A stretch of DNA of 64,000 nt from Clostridia bacterium (GTDB lineage: Bacteria > Bacillota > Clostridia > CAKSNL01 > HGM11501): NCBI GenBank assembly GCA_045545475.1, contig JAZQAZ010000018.1:32001-96000 (forward strand). The letters are read 5' to 3'. Numbering within the stretch: position 1 is the stretch's first letter; every line of letters begins with the position of its first letter. A program made the translations under genes and the position numbers. Shown piece by piece: positions 17,901 through 25,643 of the stretch. The notes beneath the pieces were generated by a model. That model did no database searches. It had not been told where the DNA came from and worked only from the letters and a program-made list of their open reading frames with translations.

Positions 17901-20141
17901 GATTCCATGGCGGAGCTTGGTCAGGTATACGTTTCCGAGGATGGAGAAACCTGGTATGCCCTTGCGGGAAGTGAGCATTATGAGGATAAGGCTTTATGGG
18001 ACTATGAAATAACCTATAAAAAGGGCGAGGATGGAAAGGCTTACTGGACGGATAATTACGGCAATGAAATGCTTACATCTGCCGCAAAGGCGTGGCCTGC
18101 AAAGGAAAAGTACCCCTTAAATCCCTATACGGAGGATGATGAATATACCTTCTCGGGAATTCTTTTCAAATGCCAGGAAGGCACTGTTATGGGTGATTCC
18201 ACCAACGGAAGCTTTGCATCAAAGGCATCCTTCGGCTATGTAGACTATTATAAGAACGGAAGCATAGTTGACGGAATGGTGGAGGATGTAAATTCCTATG
18301 TTGAAAATCCCACAATGGCAAACGGCTTTGACCTTCTCTGGGCGGTTGATGCTGAGGGAAACCCCGTGGATGTAAGTGATAAGGAATTCCATTATGTAAA
18401 GGTTGCAACTGCATCAAACATATGGGCGGGAAGCTTTTTTGAAAAATCCACTGAGGTAAGCAGCATAATTAGGACAACTCCTAAAGAAAACGAAGTTGGT
18501 AAAACCGAGGCCCCGGAAAGCATTGTGTTCACCGACGGTATCAGTGAGGTGAAAGTAAATATTTCGGAGGAAAAAAATATTTACGATATTGACCTTGGGG
18601 ATATGAAGTATATTTCCGTGAAGCTTAACGGTGCCAAGGAAGATGACAACATTTATATAAATAATCAGAGAATTGAAAGTGACGGAGCCGGAGAAGGCTT
18701 TAAGGTAACAAAGAAAAAAGAAACCCTTGTAAGATTAATTGTACAGAATGGAGACAGGGAGCCTTATCTTGCTCTTTTCCGTCTTTCGGGAACTGCAAAA
18801 GAAACTGACGAGCTTATTGAAGGCGTAAAGATAAATGTAGGAGGAGACATAAGAGAAGCTTGGACAAAGAATAAAAAGACCTATTCTGCTGAAGTGGGAA
18901 GCAAAATCGACAGCGTGAAAATTTTCCCTGTTGTAAAAAGCGGTGTTTCCGTTTTAATAAACGGACAGGAGCTTCTTTCCGAGTATGAACTTTCTTACGG
19001 TAAAAATTCCTTTGAAATAAATGTGGCGGATAAAGATGAAGAAAAAACAGTTACGCTGAATATAACAAGGAATAAAGAAACGGTTTCATCAGACAGTGAA
19101 ATTTCCGTAAGTTTCACCCTTTACGGAGATGATTTTCACGATGAAGATACCGTGCATACATTTAAAAACGATAAAAAGGATTTGCCGGTATGGATTACGA
19201 AAACAACATACAAGGTTGAAAAAGGTTCAACGGTTCTTGATGTATTTGAAATGGCTCTTTCGGATGCGGACATCACCTTTACAAATGCCGATGGGAATTA
19301 TATCTCCGAGATAAACGGACTTTCGGAGTTTGATAATGGTGCATTGTCAGGCTGGATGTACACCGTCAATGGAAAATATTCAAATCTTGGCTTATCGGAG
19401 CAAAAAGTGAAAAACGGAGATAAAATAGTGTTCCATTATACCGATGACTATACAAAAGAGAGCAGATCAGGTTCTTCGCAATCGGTGTCTTCGTCAGTGA
19501 AAGATGATGAAAAAGACGAAGAAAAGGAAGATGAAGAAAAGGAAGAAACAAAGCCCTCTGAAGAAAAGAAAGAAAATAAGAAGGAGTTTACGGACAGCAC
19601 TTTCAAGGATGTGAAAAAGGATAGTTGGTACTACGGAGCGGTAGAGTATTGCTATGAAAATACACTCATGGAAGGAACCGGGGAAAACTTTGAACCCGAT
19701 GCCCCGATGACAAGAGCTATGCTTGTAACAGTGCTTTTCAGATTATCGGGAGAAGAAGCGGGAAAAGAGAATCCTTTTGTCGATGTAGTTGATGGATTGT
19801 GGTATTCTGATGCGGTAATGTGGGCAAGTGAAAACGGTATTGTAACGGGAGTTACGGAAAAGAAATTTGCACCCGATGAGAATATAACAAGAGAGCAGGC
19901 AGTGACAGTTATTATAAGATACTTAGAGCATATAGACAAAGGCGTGGCAAAAAAAGCCGAACTTTCAGGATATACCGATGCTGAGGAAATAAGTCCATGG
20001 GCACTTGACGCTTTTTCTCTTGCCGTGGAAGGCGGAATAATTACCGGAACAGAGGATAAAAAGCTTTCGCCTAAAGAGGGTGCGACCAGGGCAGAAATAG
20101 CGACGATTATAATGAGGGTGTATGAAACTATTCTGAAATAA
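14988..20141 (+). CDS. Large SLH-anchored surface protein with Ig/cadherin-like repeats, a BtuH-like domain and DUF4430; putative corrinoid-capture protein
   Basis: Signal peptide; Big_2-like 'WISLDEDIATVSENGVVTAVGVG'; 'SLGNFGGYITYYF...FGNS...ELGQVYVSEDGETWYALAGSEH'; DUF4430 'YISEINGLSEFDNGALSGWMYTVNG'; three C-terminal SLH repeats. Confidence 0.85.
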   Translation: MKIKKALCLLLSLVMIFGMAPSAIISAEENETTDEIKVYMTVVNKGVIASDNEGDIMANRELTVSDIDEDGKFTFHEALIAAHKEYNSEDGYDAGSGNGVSVVKLWGIDSYNNLFFINDVGIPDGVGINEVKDGNFLTTSICQDSKYYCDRYTFFDKKEVTAIENEEFTLNLKGFWGMASEGDDLLPKPFEGLAICTWEDGELKEIEGKATDEDGNVNLSFSEAGTYYVTAKGTVKAMVTDWWTMKEVEADCPIIAPLCIVTVEEIAPPESIKIEHDAKNVIDGVIIAKKGDKFNLLAFDENGEETPVTWKNESYGNTVTIDEVTGEVEVTGDIYGGTSYLYFEATSTIDETVKKEVTVLMTGFILSQYQKEQTVTLSEDGQTAKTASLNAGKKGHNIWNYNIPDGVAELTADPGNGGEIKFNVYRPGVIEVGFALDINEELSDSGIIKVEGVAVETLNGERGKVYLEIGNEEDAPTTELTAYVAEGREVSSWISLDEDIATVSENGVVTAVGVGSVIIQAVDNEGAKGGIKVVVESREIPYFESIEFQTSYLASGSWVKGETFNPTVTEYDLTVSRYSLSNLVFLKDTLYDDVKYSAKALYEDVYGEEKEVYIHSGAATTLSDIPFGTSAVTVTLYEKENEKNKTVYTFNVTRPRDKTKALKTVTVNPEGRTLSNTLYEGYKEGTMLRCDEEGTLTSVTGIYGSHYYYRTYVYGETDFTLSFAASTAYAHIRYSVDGEEWTELDSLLKSEKLSFDEDGVIELYIEIADDDSYTSDKEAEGDGFSEGNTVSYKLTLMNVSAEAPKMLTAEAEGDWYPAFSPDFYTYRIMTESDAKAPVLTFTAEEGAIVKDEKEIIEPDENGIYSVTLKNTQKSITLSDSEEKCVNTYKFQYTRKSSSAVPDKVVEAVYIGGQYSGSYDVYPELTLTGSMRSLGNFGGYITYYFEEALKDNPNNMYGMEFYIFGNSMEMNIDSMAELGQVYVSEDGETWYALAGSEHYEDKALWDYEITYKKGEDGKAYWTDNYGNEMLTSAAKAWPAKEKYPLNPYTEDDEYTFSGILFKCQEGTVMGDSTNGSFASKASFGYVDYYKNGSIVDGMVEDVNSYVENPTMANGFDLLWAVDAEGNPVDVSDKEFHYVKVATASNIWAGSFFEKSTEVSSIIRTTPKENEVGKTEAPESIVFTDGISEVKVNISEEKNIYDIDLGDMKYISVKLNGAKEDDNIYINNQRIESDGAGEGFKVTKKKETLVRLIVQNGDREPYLALFRLSGTAKETDELIEGVKINVGGDIREAWTKNKKTYSAEVGSKIDSVKIFPVVKSGVSVLINGQELLSEYELSYGKNSFEINVADKDEEKTVTLNITRNKETVSSDSEISVSFTLYGDDFHDEDTVHTFKNDKKDLPVWITKTTYKVEKGSTVLDVFEMALSDADITFTNADGNYISEINGLSEFDNGALSGWMYTVNGKYSNLGLSEQKVKNGDKIVFHYTDDYTKESRSGSSQSVSSSVKDDEKDEEKEDEEKEETKPSEEKKENKKEFTDSTFKDVKKDSWYYGAVEYCYENTLMEGTGENFEPDAPMTRAMLVTVLFRLSGEEAGKENPFVDVVDGLWYSDAVMWASENGIVTGVTEKKFAPDENITREQAVTVIIRYLEHIDKGVAKKAELSGYTDAEEISPWALDAFSLAVEGGIITGTEDKKLSPKEGATRAEIATIIMRVYETILK

Positions 20142-20150
20142 GGTGAAAAA

Positions 20151-21209
20151 GTGAAAAAAACGATAGCTTTTATATTGATTATAATAATGAGCTTTCAGGC
20201 TACAAGTGTATTTTCTGAAGACACGGAAATAAACAGTGTGCTCTATAAATGTTCTGAATATATTCTTAATACTGTAAAAAATCCCACTTGTTCCTCGGTG
20301 GGAGGGGAATGGACTGTCTTAGGTCTTGCGAGAAGCGGTATCAAAATATCCGATGGATATTTTGATACCTATTACTCAAATCTCTGTGATTATTTAAATT
20401 CATGTGGCGGCGTAATGCACAGGGTTAAATATACAGAATATTCAAGGGCGATAATCGCTGTTACGGCAATTGGCAAAAATCCCTCGGATGTTTCGGGATA
20501 CAATCTTCTTTTGCCGCTTTCTGATTTTGATAAAACGGTAAAGCAGGGAATAAACGGCCCTATATGGGCATTGATAGCACTGGATTCGGGAAATTATGCG
20601 ATTGATGAAAATGTAAACGCTGTAAATCCCGCAACAAGAGAAAAATATGTTGACTATATACTTTCTAAGCAAACCTCCGAAGGAACATGGTCTTTATCCG
20701 GGGAAGGGACGGATCCGGATATTACGGCAATGGCACTTGTGGCTTTGTCAAAATATAAAGAGCGACAGGACGTTAAAGATGCTTTGACAAAAGCAATAAC
20801 TAAGATGTCAGAATTACAGACTTCATCCGGAGGATATATTACTGAAGGAACAGAAAGCTCAGAGAGTTCTGCCCAAATGCTGGTAGCACTTTCTGAGCTT
20901 GGAATAAGCTATACGGATTCCCGGTTTACAAAAAACGGCAACAATCTTCTTACAAATCTTTTGTCTTTTATGTTGCCGGAAGGAAGCTTTTGCCATACAA
21001 AGGCGAAAAAAGAGGCAAATCTTATGGCGACAGAGCAAGCATTTTACGCTGTTGTTTCAGTAAATCGGACGACAAAAGGAGAAAATACGCTTTATAATAT
21101 GTCGGATATTGCAAAAAAAGATAATTTGAGCTATAATGAATCATACATATCGGTTGTTATAGAGAAATTAAAGCTGATTACAGAAGCACTGGATAGGGCA
21201 AAGGGGTAA
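20151..21209 (+). CDS. Secreted alpha/alpha-barrel protein (prenyltransferase/squalene-cyclase-repeat fold; resembles the transcobalamin alpha domain)
   Basis: Signal peptide; helical repeats 'QGINGPIWALIALDS', 'DPDITAMALVALS', 'SESSAQMLVAL' and 'NLMATEQA'. Confidence 0.8.
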   Translation: MKKTIAFILIIIMSFQATSVFSEDTEINSVLYKCSEYILNTVKNPTCSSVGGEWTVLGLARSGIKISDGYFDTYYSNLCDYLNSCGGVMHRVKYTEYSRAIIAVTAIGKNPSDVSGYNLLLPLSDFDKTVKQGINGPIWALIALDSGNYAIDENVNAVNPATREKYVDYILSKQTSEGTWSLSGEGTDPDITAMALVALSKYKERQDVKDALTKAITKMSELQTSSGGYITEGTESSESSAQMLVALSELGISYTDSRFTKNGNNLLTNLLSFMLPEGSFCHTKAKKEANLMATEQAFYAVVSVNRTTKGENTLYNMSDIAKKDNLSYNESYISVVIEKLKLITEALDRAKG

Positions 21210-21212
21210 GGT

Positions 21213-21968
21213 ATGAAAAAAATAAAAGTTACTATATTATTGCTTTTTGTAATAGCACTGCTTACGTTTACTTTCTGGTGGGGCGGAAACGCTCCCGGAC
21301 TAAGAGGAGTAAATTTTGAAAAGAAAAATACCGAAAATGAAGTTACAGATACGATAAAAAGTACTGAAAGTGTTGAGCTGACAAAAGAAAGTGAAAAAGA
21401 GCCTGAAAAAGAGCCTGAAAAAGACGAAGAAGTAACAATCCTTCCGGAAGTCGAATCTGCTGAGGAAAAAGAAGAAGTTGTTTTACAATCGGAAGAAACA
21501 GAAACTTTGGAGGATTGCATCGTTGATACTGTTTCGGAAACGGTGGAAGAATCAAAAGAAAAGGAAATGTTTTGCACAATTTCGGTAAGGTGTGATACTG
21601 TGTTTGAAAACGAAAATCTTTTGGATGATTTCCTTCTCGGATGTTTACCTTCTGACGGAATTATTCTTGGCACACAGCAGGTATGCTTTACAGCAGGCGA
21701 CAGTGTTTTTGATATACTTGAAAGAACCTTGAAAGAAAAAAACATCCATATGGAATTTACGGCTACGCCCATGTATGAAAGTGTTTATATAGAGGGAATA
21801 GCAAACCTTTATGAATTTGATTGCGGGGAACTTTCGGGCTGGATGTATAAGGTGAACGGAAGCTTTCCGGATTACGGCTCGTCACTTTACGAGGTAAAAG
21901 AAGGCGATGTAATAGAATGGGTTTATACCTGCGACAGAGGAAAAGACGTGGGAGATACTGTAAATTAA
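21213..21968 (+). CDS. Membrane-anchored DUF4430 (transcobalamin C-terminal-like) protein
   Basis: N-terminal TM/signal, Glu-rich linker, then 'YIEGIANLYEFDCGELSGWMYKVNG...GDVIEWVYTCDRG'. Confidence 0.88.
   Translation: MKKIKVTILLLFVIALLTFTFWWGGNAPGLRGVNFEKKNTENEVTDTIKSTESVELTKESEKEPEKEPEKDEEVTILPEVESAEEKEEVVLQSEETETLEDCIVDTVSETVEESKEKEMFCTISVRCDTVFENENLLDDFLLGCLPSDGIILGTQQVCFTAGDSVFDILERTLKEKNIHMEFTATPMYESVYIEGIANLYEFDCGELSGWMYKVNGSFPDYGSSLYEVKEGDVIEWVYTCDRGKDVGDTVN
21393..21424 (+). repeat. 12-bp coding tandem repeat (EKEP) in a low-complexity linker
   Basis: gaaaaagagcct-gaaaaagagcct-gaaaaaga. Confidence 0.6.
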
Positions 21969-21986
21969 ACGAAAGAAGGGATTAAT

Positions 21987-22868
21987 GTGAACGAATTTAA
22001 GAGATTTCATCCTTTGGTAAATATGGTTTACTTCGTTTTTGCCATAGGCTTTTCGTGCGTGCTTTTAAATCCCTTTTGCCTGATATTCTCTTTAATCGGA
22101 AGTATCGCATTTATGCTTATGTGTGACAGCAAAGGCAAAAAGCAAATAGTTTATTTTGTGCCGGTGTTCATATTTGCCGCACTTTTTAATCCGCTTTTCA
22201 ATCACAGAGGACTTACGATAATAACATATTTCCCGGGCGGAAATCCTTTGACGGAAGAATCCATCGTCTACGGCCTCGCATCAGGTGCCATGCTTGTTGC
22301 GGTAATTGCATGGTTTTCCTGTTTTAACATGGTAATGACCAGCGATAAATTTATCTATCTTTTTGGAAAAGTTGCCCCATCGCTTTCGCTGATTTTATCA
22401 ATGACGTTAAGATTTGTCCCGAGGTTTATCTCGGAACTTAAAAAAGTGGCTGTTGCACAAAAAGGAATCGGAAACGGCATAGGAAACGGGAATATAAAGG
22501 ACAGAATTAAAAACGGATTATCAGTGCTTTCGGTAACGGTTACATGGGCACTTGAAAACGCTGTGGAAACATCTGACAGCATGAAGGCAAGGGGCTATGG
22601 TCTACCGGGCAGAAGTGCATTTTCTCTATTCAAATTTACGAAAAAGGACGCATTAGCTTTAATGTCCGTATTGTTTTTCGGTATATATTCGCTTGTGGGA
22701 GGATTCCTCGGGAAAATAAGCTTTGAATATTTTCCGACATATAAAATGGCACCACTTACAACATACAGCATAAGCGTTTATGCATCATATTTGATTTTTA
22801 TGTTGCTGCCTGCAATTATTGAACTTACGGAGGTGATAAAATGGAATGCTTTAAAATCGAAAATCTGA
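21987..22868 (+). CDS. ECF transporter transmembrane T component
   Basis: 'LRFVPRF' and 'SDSMKARGYG' EcfT motifs; hydrophobic profile. Confidence 0.9.
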   Translation: MNEFKRFHPLVNMVYFVFAIGFSCVLLNPFCLIFSLIGSIAFMLMCDSKGKKQIVYFVPVFIFAALFNPLFNHRGLTIITYFPGGNPLTEESIVYGLASGAMLVAVIAWFSCFNMVMTSDKFIYLFGKVAPSLSLILSMTLRFVPRFISELKKVAVAQKGIGNGIGNGNIKDRIKNGLSVLSVTVTWALENAVETSDSMKARGYGLPGRSAFSLFKFTKKDALALMSVLFFGIYSLVGGFLGKISFEYFPTYKMAPLTTYSISVYASYLIFMLLPAIIELTEVIKWNALKSKI

Positions 22869-25462
22869 CATTCGGTTATCCGGACTGCAAAAAAGCTGCA
22901 CTTGAAGAAATAAGTTTTACAGTCAAAAAAGGAGAATTTATAACCTTAATCGGTAAATCGGGATGCGGCAAGACCACACTTTTAAGACTGTTAAAGCCTT
23001 CCGTTTCGCCTTTTGGAGAAGAATCCGGAAATATATTTTTTATGGGCGAAAATATAAAAACGCTGGAAAAGGAAAAAGAGGCGGCAAAAATCGGCTTCGT
23101 AATGCAAAGTCCCGACAATCAGATAGTAACAGATAAGGTGTGGCATGAACTTGCTTTTGGTCTTGAAAGCCTTGGAATGAAAAGGGAAGAAATAAGGCTG
23201 CGTGTTGCGGAAATGGCATCTTTCTTCGGAATTCAGAATTGGTTCCATAAGAATGTTTCTGAATTATCCGGCGGACAAAAACAGATACTTAATCTTGCGT
23301 CGGTTATGGTTATGCAACCGGAATGTCTTATTCTGGACGAGCCCACAAGCCAGCTTGATCCCATAGCGGCATCGGAATTTTTAAAAACGCTGGAAAAAAT
23401 AAATAAAGAGCTTGGAACAACCGTAATTTTGTCGGAGCATCGTCTTGAAGAAGCGATAGCTTTGTCTGACAGAATCATCGTTTTAGATAACGGAAAACTG
23501 ATGGCAGACGGAACGGCAGACTGTATTTGCGGTGTACTGAAAGAAAAAAAGCACGGCATGTATCTTTCGCTTCCCACACCTGCGAAAATAGCCACGGCAC
23601 TTTCGGAGAAGGTCGAAAACATTCCGCTTAATATAAGGGACGGGGTTTCCTGGCTTAGTGAATATTCTGAAAATCATCCTTACGATGACTCGGTTACAGG
23701 AACGGATAAAAAGCGGGAAATAACCGATGTCTCCATAGAATTAAAGGATGTATATTTCAGGTATAAAAGAGAGCTTCCGGATGTGCTTTCGGCACTTTCA
23801 CTTAAAGTATACAAAGGAGAAATATATTCTATTCTTGGCGGTAACGGAACAGGAAAAACTACAACCATGTCTGTTATGGGAGGAATATTAAAGCCTTACA
23901 GCGGCAAAGTTCTGATTGACGGAAAAGAAATAGAAAAAACTGAAAATTTATATGGAAAAATCGGATTTCTGACACAAAACCCCGAACTGCTTTTCACGGA
24001 AAAAACAGTTATGGAAGATTTATTGGCGGCGGTAAAAGGGGAAGATGCGGAAAATATTGTTATTGACATGGCAAGACTCTTGAAAATTGACGGTCTTCTT
24101 AGGATGCACCCTTATGATTTATCCGGAGGCGAAAAGCAAAGGGCGGCACTTTGTAAAATACTTCTTAAAAATCCGTCAATTCTTCTTCTTGATGAACCGA
24201 CAAAGGGAATGGATGGAGAGTTTAAAAAGATTTTTTCGGGTATTCTTTCAAAGCTTAAAAAAATGGGGAAAACCATTGTTATTGTTTCTCACGACATAGA
24301 GTTTTGCGCGGAAAATTCCGATTACTGTACAATGTTTTTTGATGGCGGAATAGTCAGCGGAGATACTCCCGGAAAGTTTTTCTCCGGTAAGAACTTCTAC
24401 ACCACGGAAGCAAATAAAATGGGCAGAGGAATACTTCCGAAGGCTTATCTTACAGAGGAAATAGTAAAGGCTTTCGGAGGAGAAATGCCTGTGATATGCA
24501 ATGATGACACAGATGTTTTCAAAGCTATAAAAAGAGAAAAGGATGTACATGAAAAGAAAAAAATAAAAATCGGTAAGAATATATTTATAGGAAGCTTATT
24601 TGCAATAATTTTTCTTTTGCTTCAGATATTACTGGGAGATTATTTTGTCGGATGGAAAAATCATGCCGTGCAAATACTCTCATTAGTCTTCCTTGCTTTG
24701 TCTCTTTCGGCTTTTTTTCCTCAGAAAGAATTTGATGTTTCTAAAGTAGAAAAGGGAGAAAGAAGCAGAAAAAGTTTAGTGGCCGTGATTATTGTTTCAC
24801 TTATTATTATTCCGCTTACCCTGTGGCTGGGAACAGAGTTTCTTCAAAATAAAAAATATTATTTTACGAGCCTTATAATAATAGCAGAAACGATATTGCC
24901 TTTTCTGTTTTTATTTGAGAAAAGAAAGCCGAAGGCAAGGGAGCTTGTTGTAATAAGTACACTTGCGGCACTTGCTGTAGCGGGAAGGTCGGCGTTTTTT
25001 ATGGTGGCGAGCTTCAAACCTGTGCTGGCACTTATTATAATTACAGGGGTTACTTTGGGTGGAGAAACAGGATTTTTGGTTGGTGCAATAACGGCATTTG
25101 TTTCGAATTTCTTTTTCGGTCAGGGACCGTGGACTCCGTGGCAGATGGCTGCTTTTGCCGTAATAGGTTGCCTTGCCGGAATAATTTTCAGCTCCGGAAT
25201 GATAAAAAGATCGAGGCTTTCGCTATGTATATTCGGAGCGTTTGCGGCACTTTTTATCTACGGAGGAATCATGAATCCGGCTTCCGTTCTTACAATTTCG
25301 GCAGAGACTAGTAAAGATGCGATTCTTTCATCTTTCGTTTTGGGACTTCCGCATGATATAATCCATGCGGCATCTACCTTTATTTTCCTCTGGTTTATCT
25401 CCGGAGCGATGATAGAAAAAATTGAACGTATTAAGAAAAAATACGGTCTTATAAAAATGTAA
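22841..25462 (+). CDS. ECF transporter double ATPase fused to a C-terminal S-component (CbrT-like)
   Basis: Two Walker A motifs (GKSGCGKT, GGNGTGKT), two LSGG signatures and two LDEPT; C-terminal TM domain 'FLVGAITAFVSNFFFGQGPWTPWQM'. Confidence 0.9.
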   Translation: MECFKIENLTFGYPDCKKAALEEISFTVKKGEFITLIGKSGCGKTTLLRLLKPSVSPFGEESGNIFFMGENIKTLEKEKEAAKIGFVMQSPDNQIVTDKVWHELAFGLESLGMKREEIRLRVAEMASFFGIQNWFHKNVSELSGGQKQILNLASVMVMQPECLILDEPTSQLDPIAASEFLKTLEKINKELGTTVILSEHRLEEAIALSDRIIVLDNGKLMADGTADCICGVLKEKKHGMYLSLPTPAKIATALSEKVENIPLNIRDGVSWLSEYSENHPYDDSVTGTDKKREITDVSIELKDVYFRYKRELPDVLSALSLKVYKGEIYSILGGNGTGKTTTMSVMGGILKPYSGKVLIDGKEIEKTENLYGKIGFLTQNPELLFTEKTVMEDLLAAVKGEDAENIVIDMARLLKIDGLLRMHPYDLSGGEKQRAALCKILLKNPSILLLDEPTKGMDGEFKKIFSGILSKLKKMGKTIVIVSHDIEFCAENSDYCTMFFDGGIVSGDTPGKFFSGKNFYTTEANKMGRGILPKAYLTEEIVKAFGGEMPVICNDDTDVFKAIKREKDVHEKKKIKIGKNIFIGSLFAIIFLLLQILLGDYFVGWKNHAVQILSLVFLALSLSAFFPQKEFDVSKVEKGERSRKSLVAVIIVSLIIIPLTLWLGTEFLQNKKYYFTSLIIIAETILPFLFLFEKRKPKARELVVISTLAALAVAGRSAFFMVASFKPVLALIIITGVTLGGETGFLVGAITAFVSNFFFGQGPWTPWQMAAFAVIGCLAGIIFSSGMIKRSRLSLCIFGAFAALFIYGGIMNPASVLTISAETSKDAILSSFVLGLPHDIIHAASTFIFLWFISGAMIEKIERIKKKYGLIKM

Positions 25463-25520
25463 ATTTAATTGAAATAGTATGCCTTTTTTGGGGAATAATA
25501 AATAAAAAAGGAGGCATATT

Positions 25521-25643
25521 ATGAAGATAGAAAGATACGTCGGAGGAAAGAAATTAACCTTTGATCAGATTAAAAAATACACCATTAAAAACAAAGCCGT
25601 AGACATGGCTGTTGAACGTGTTATAAGACGTGAGGGCAGATGA
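25521..25643 (+). CDS. Small basic protein (40 aa) translationally coupled to the recombinase
   Basis: AAGGAGG RBS, ATG 25521, MKIERYVGGKKLTFDQIKKYTIKNKAVDMAVERVIRREGR*; its TGA overlaps the recombinase ATG (ATGA). Confidence 0.75.
   Translation: MKIERYVGGKKLTFDQIKKYTIKNKAVDMAVERVIRREGR

Noticed and set aside
19490-19590. Purine-rich repetitive stretch
   Set aside because: Simply encodes a K/E/D-rich linker before the SLH domains
20151-21209. Squalene-hopene cyclase / terpene biosynthesis gene
   Set aside because: Secreted, only about 350 aa, lacks the DxDD motif, and sits in a B12-riboswitch transport operon
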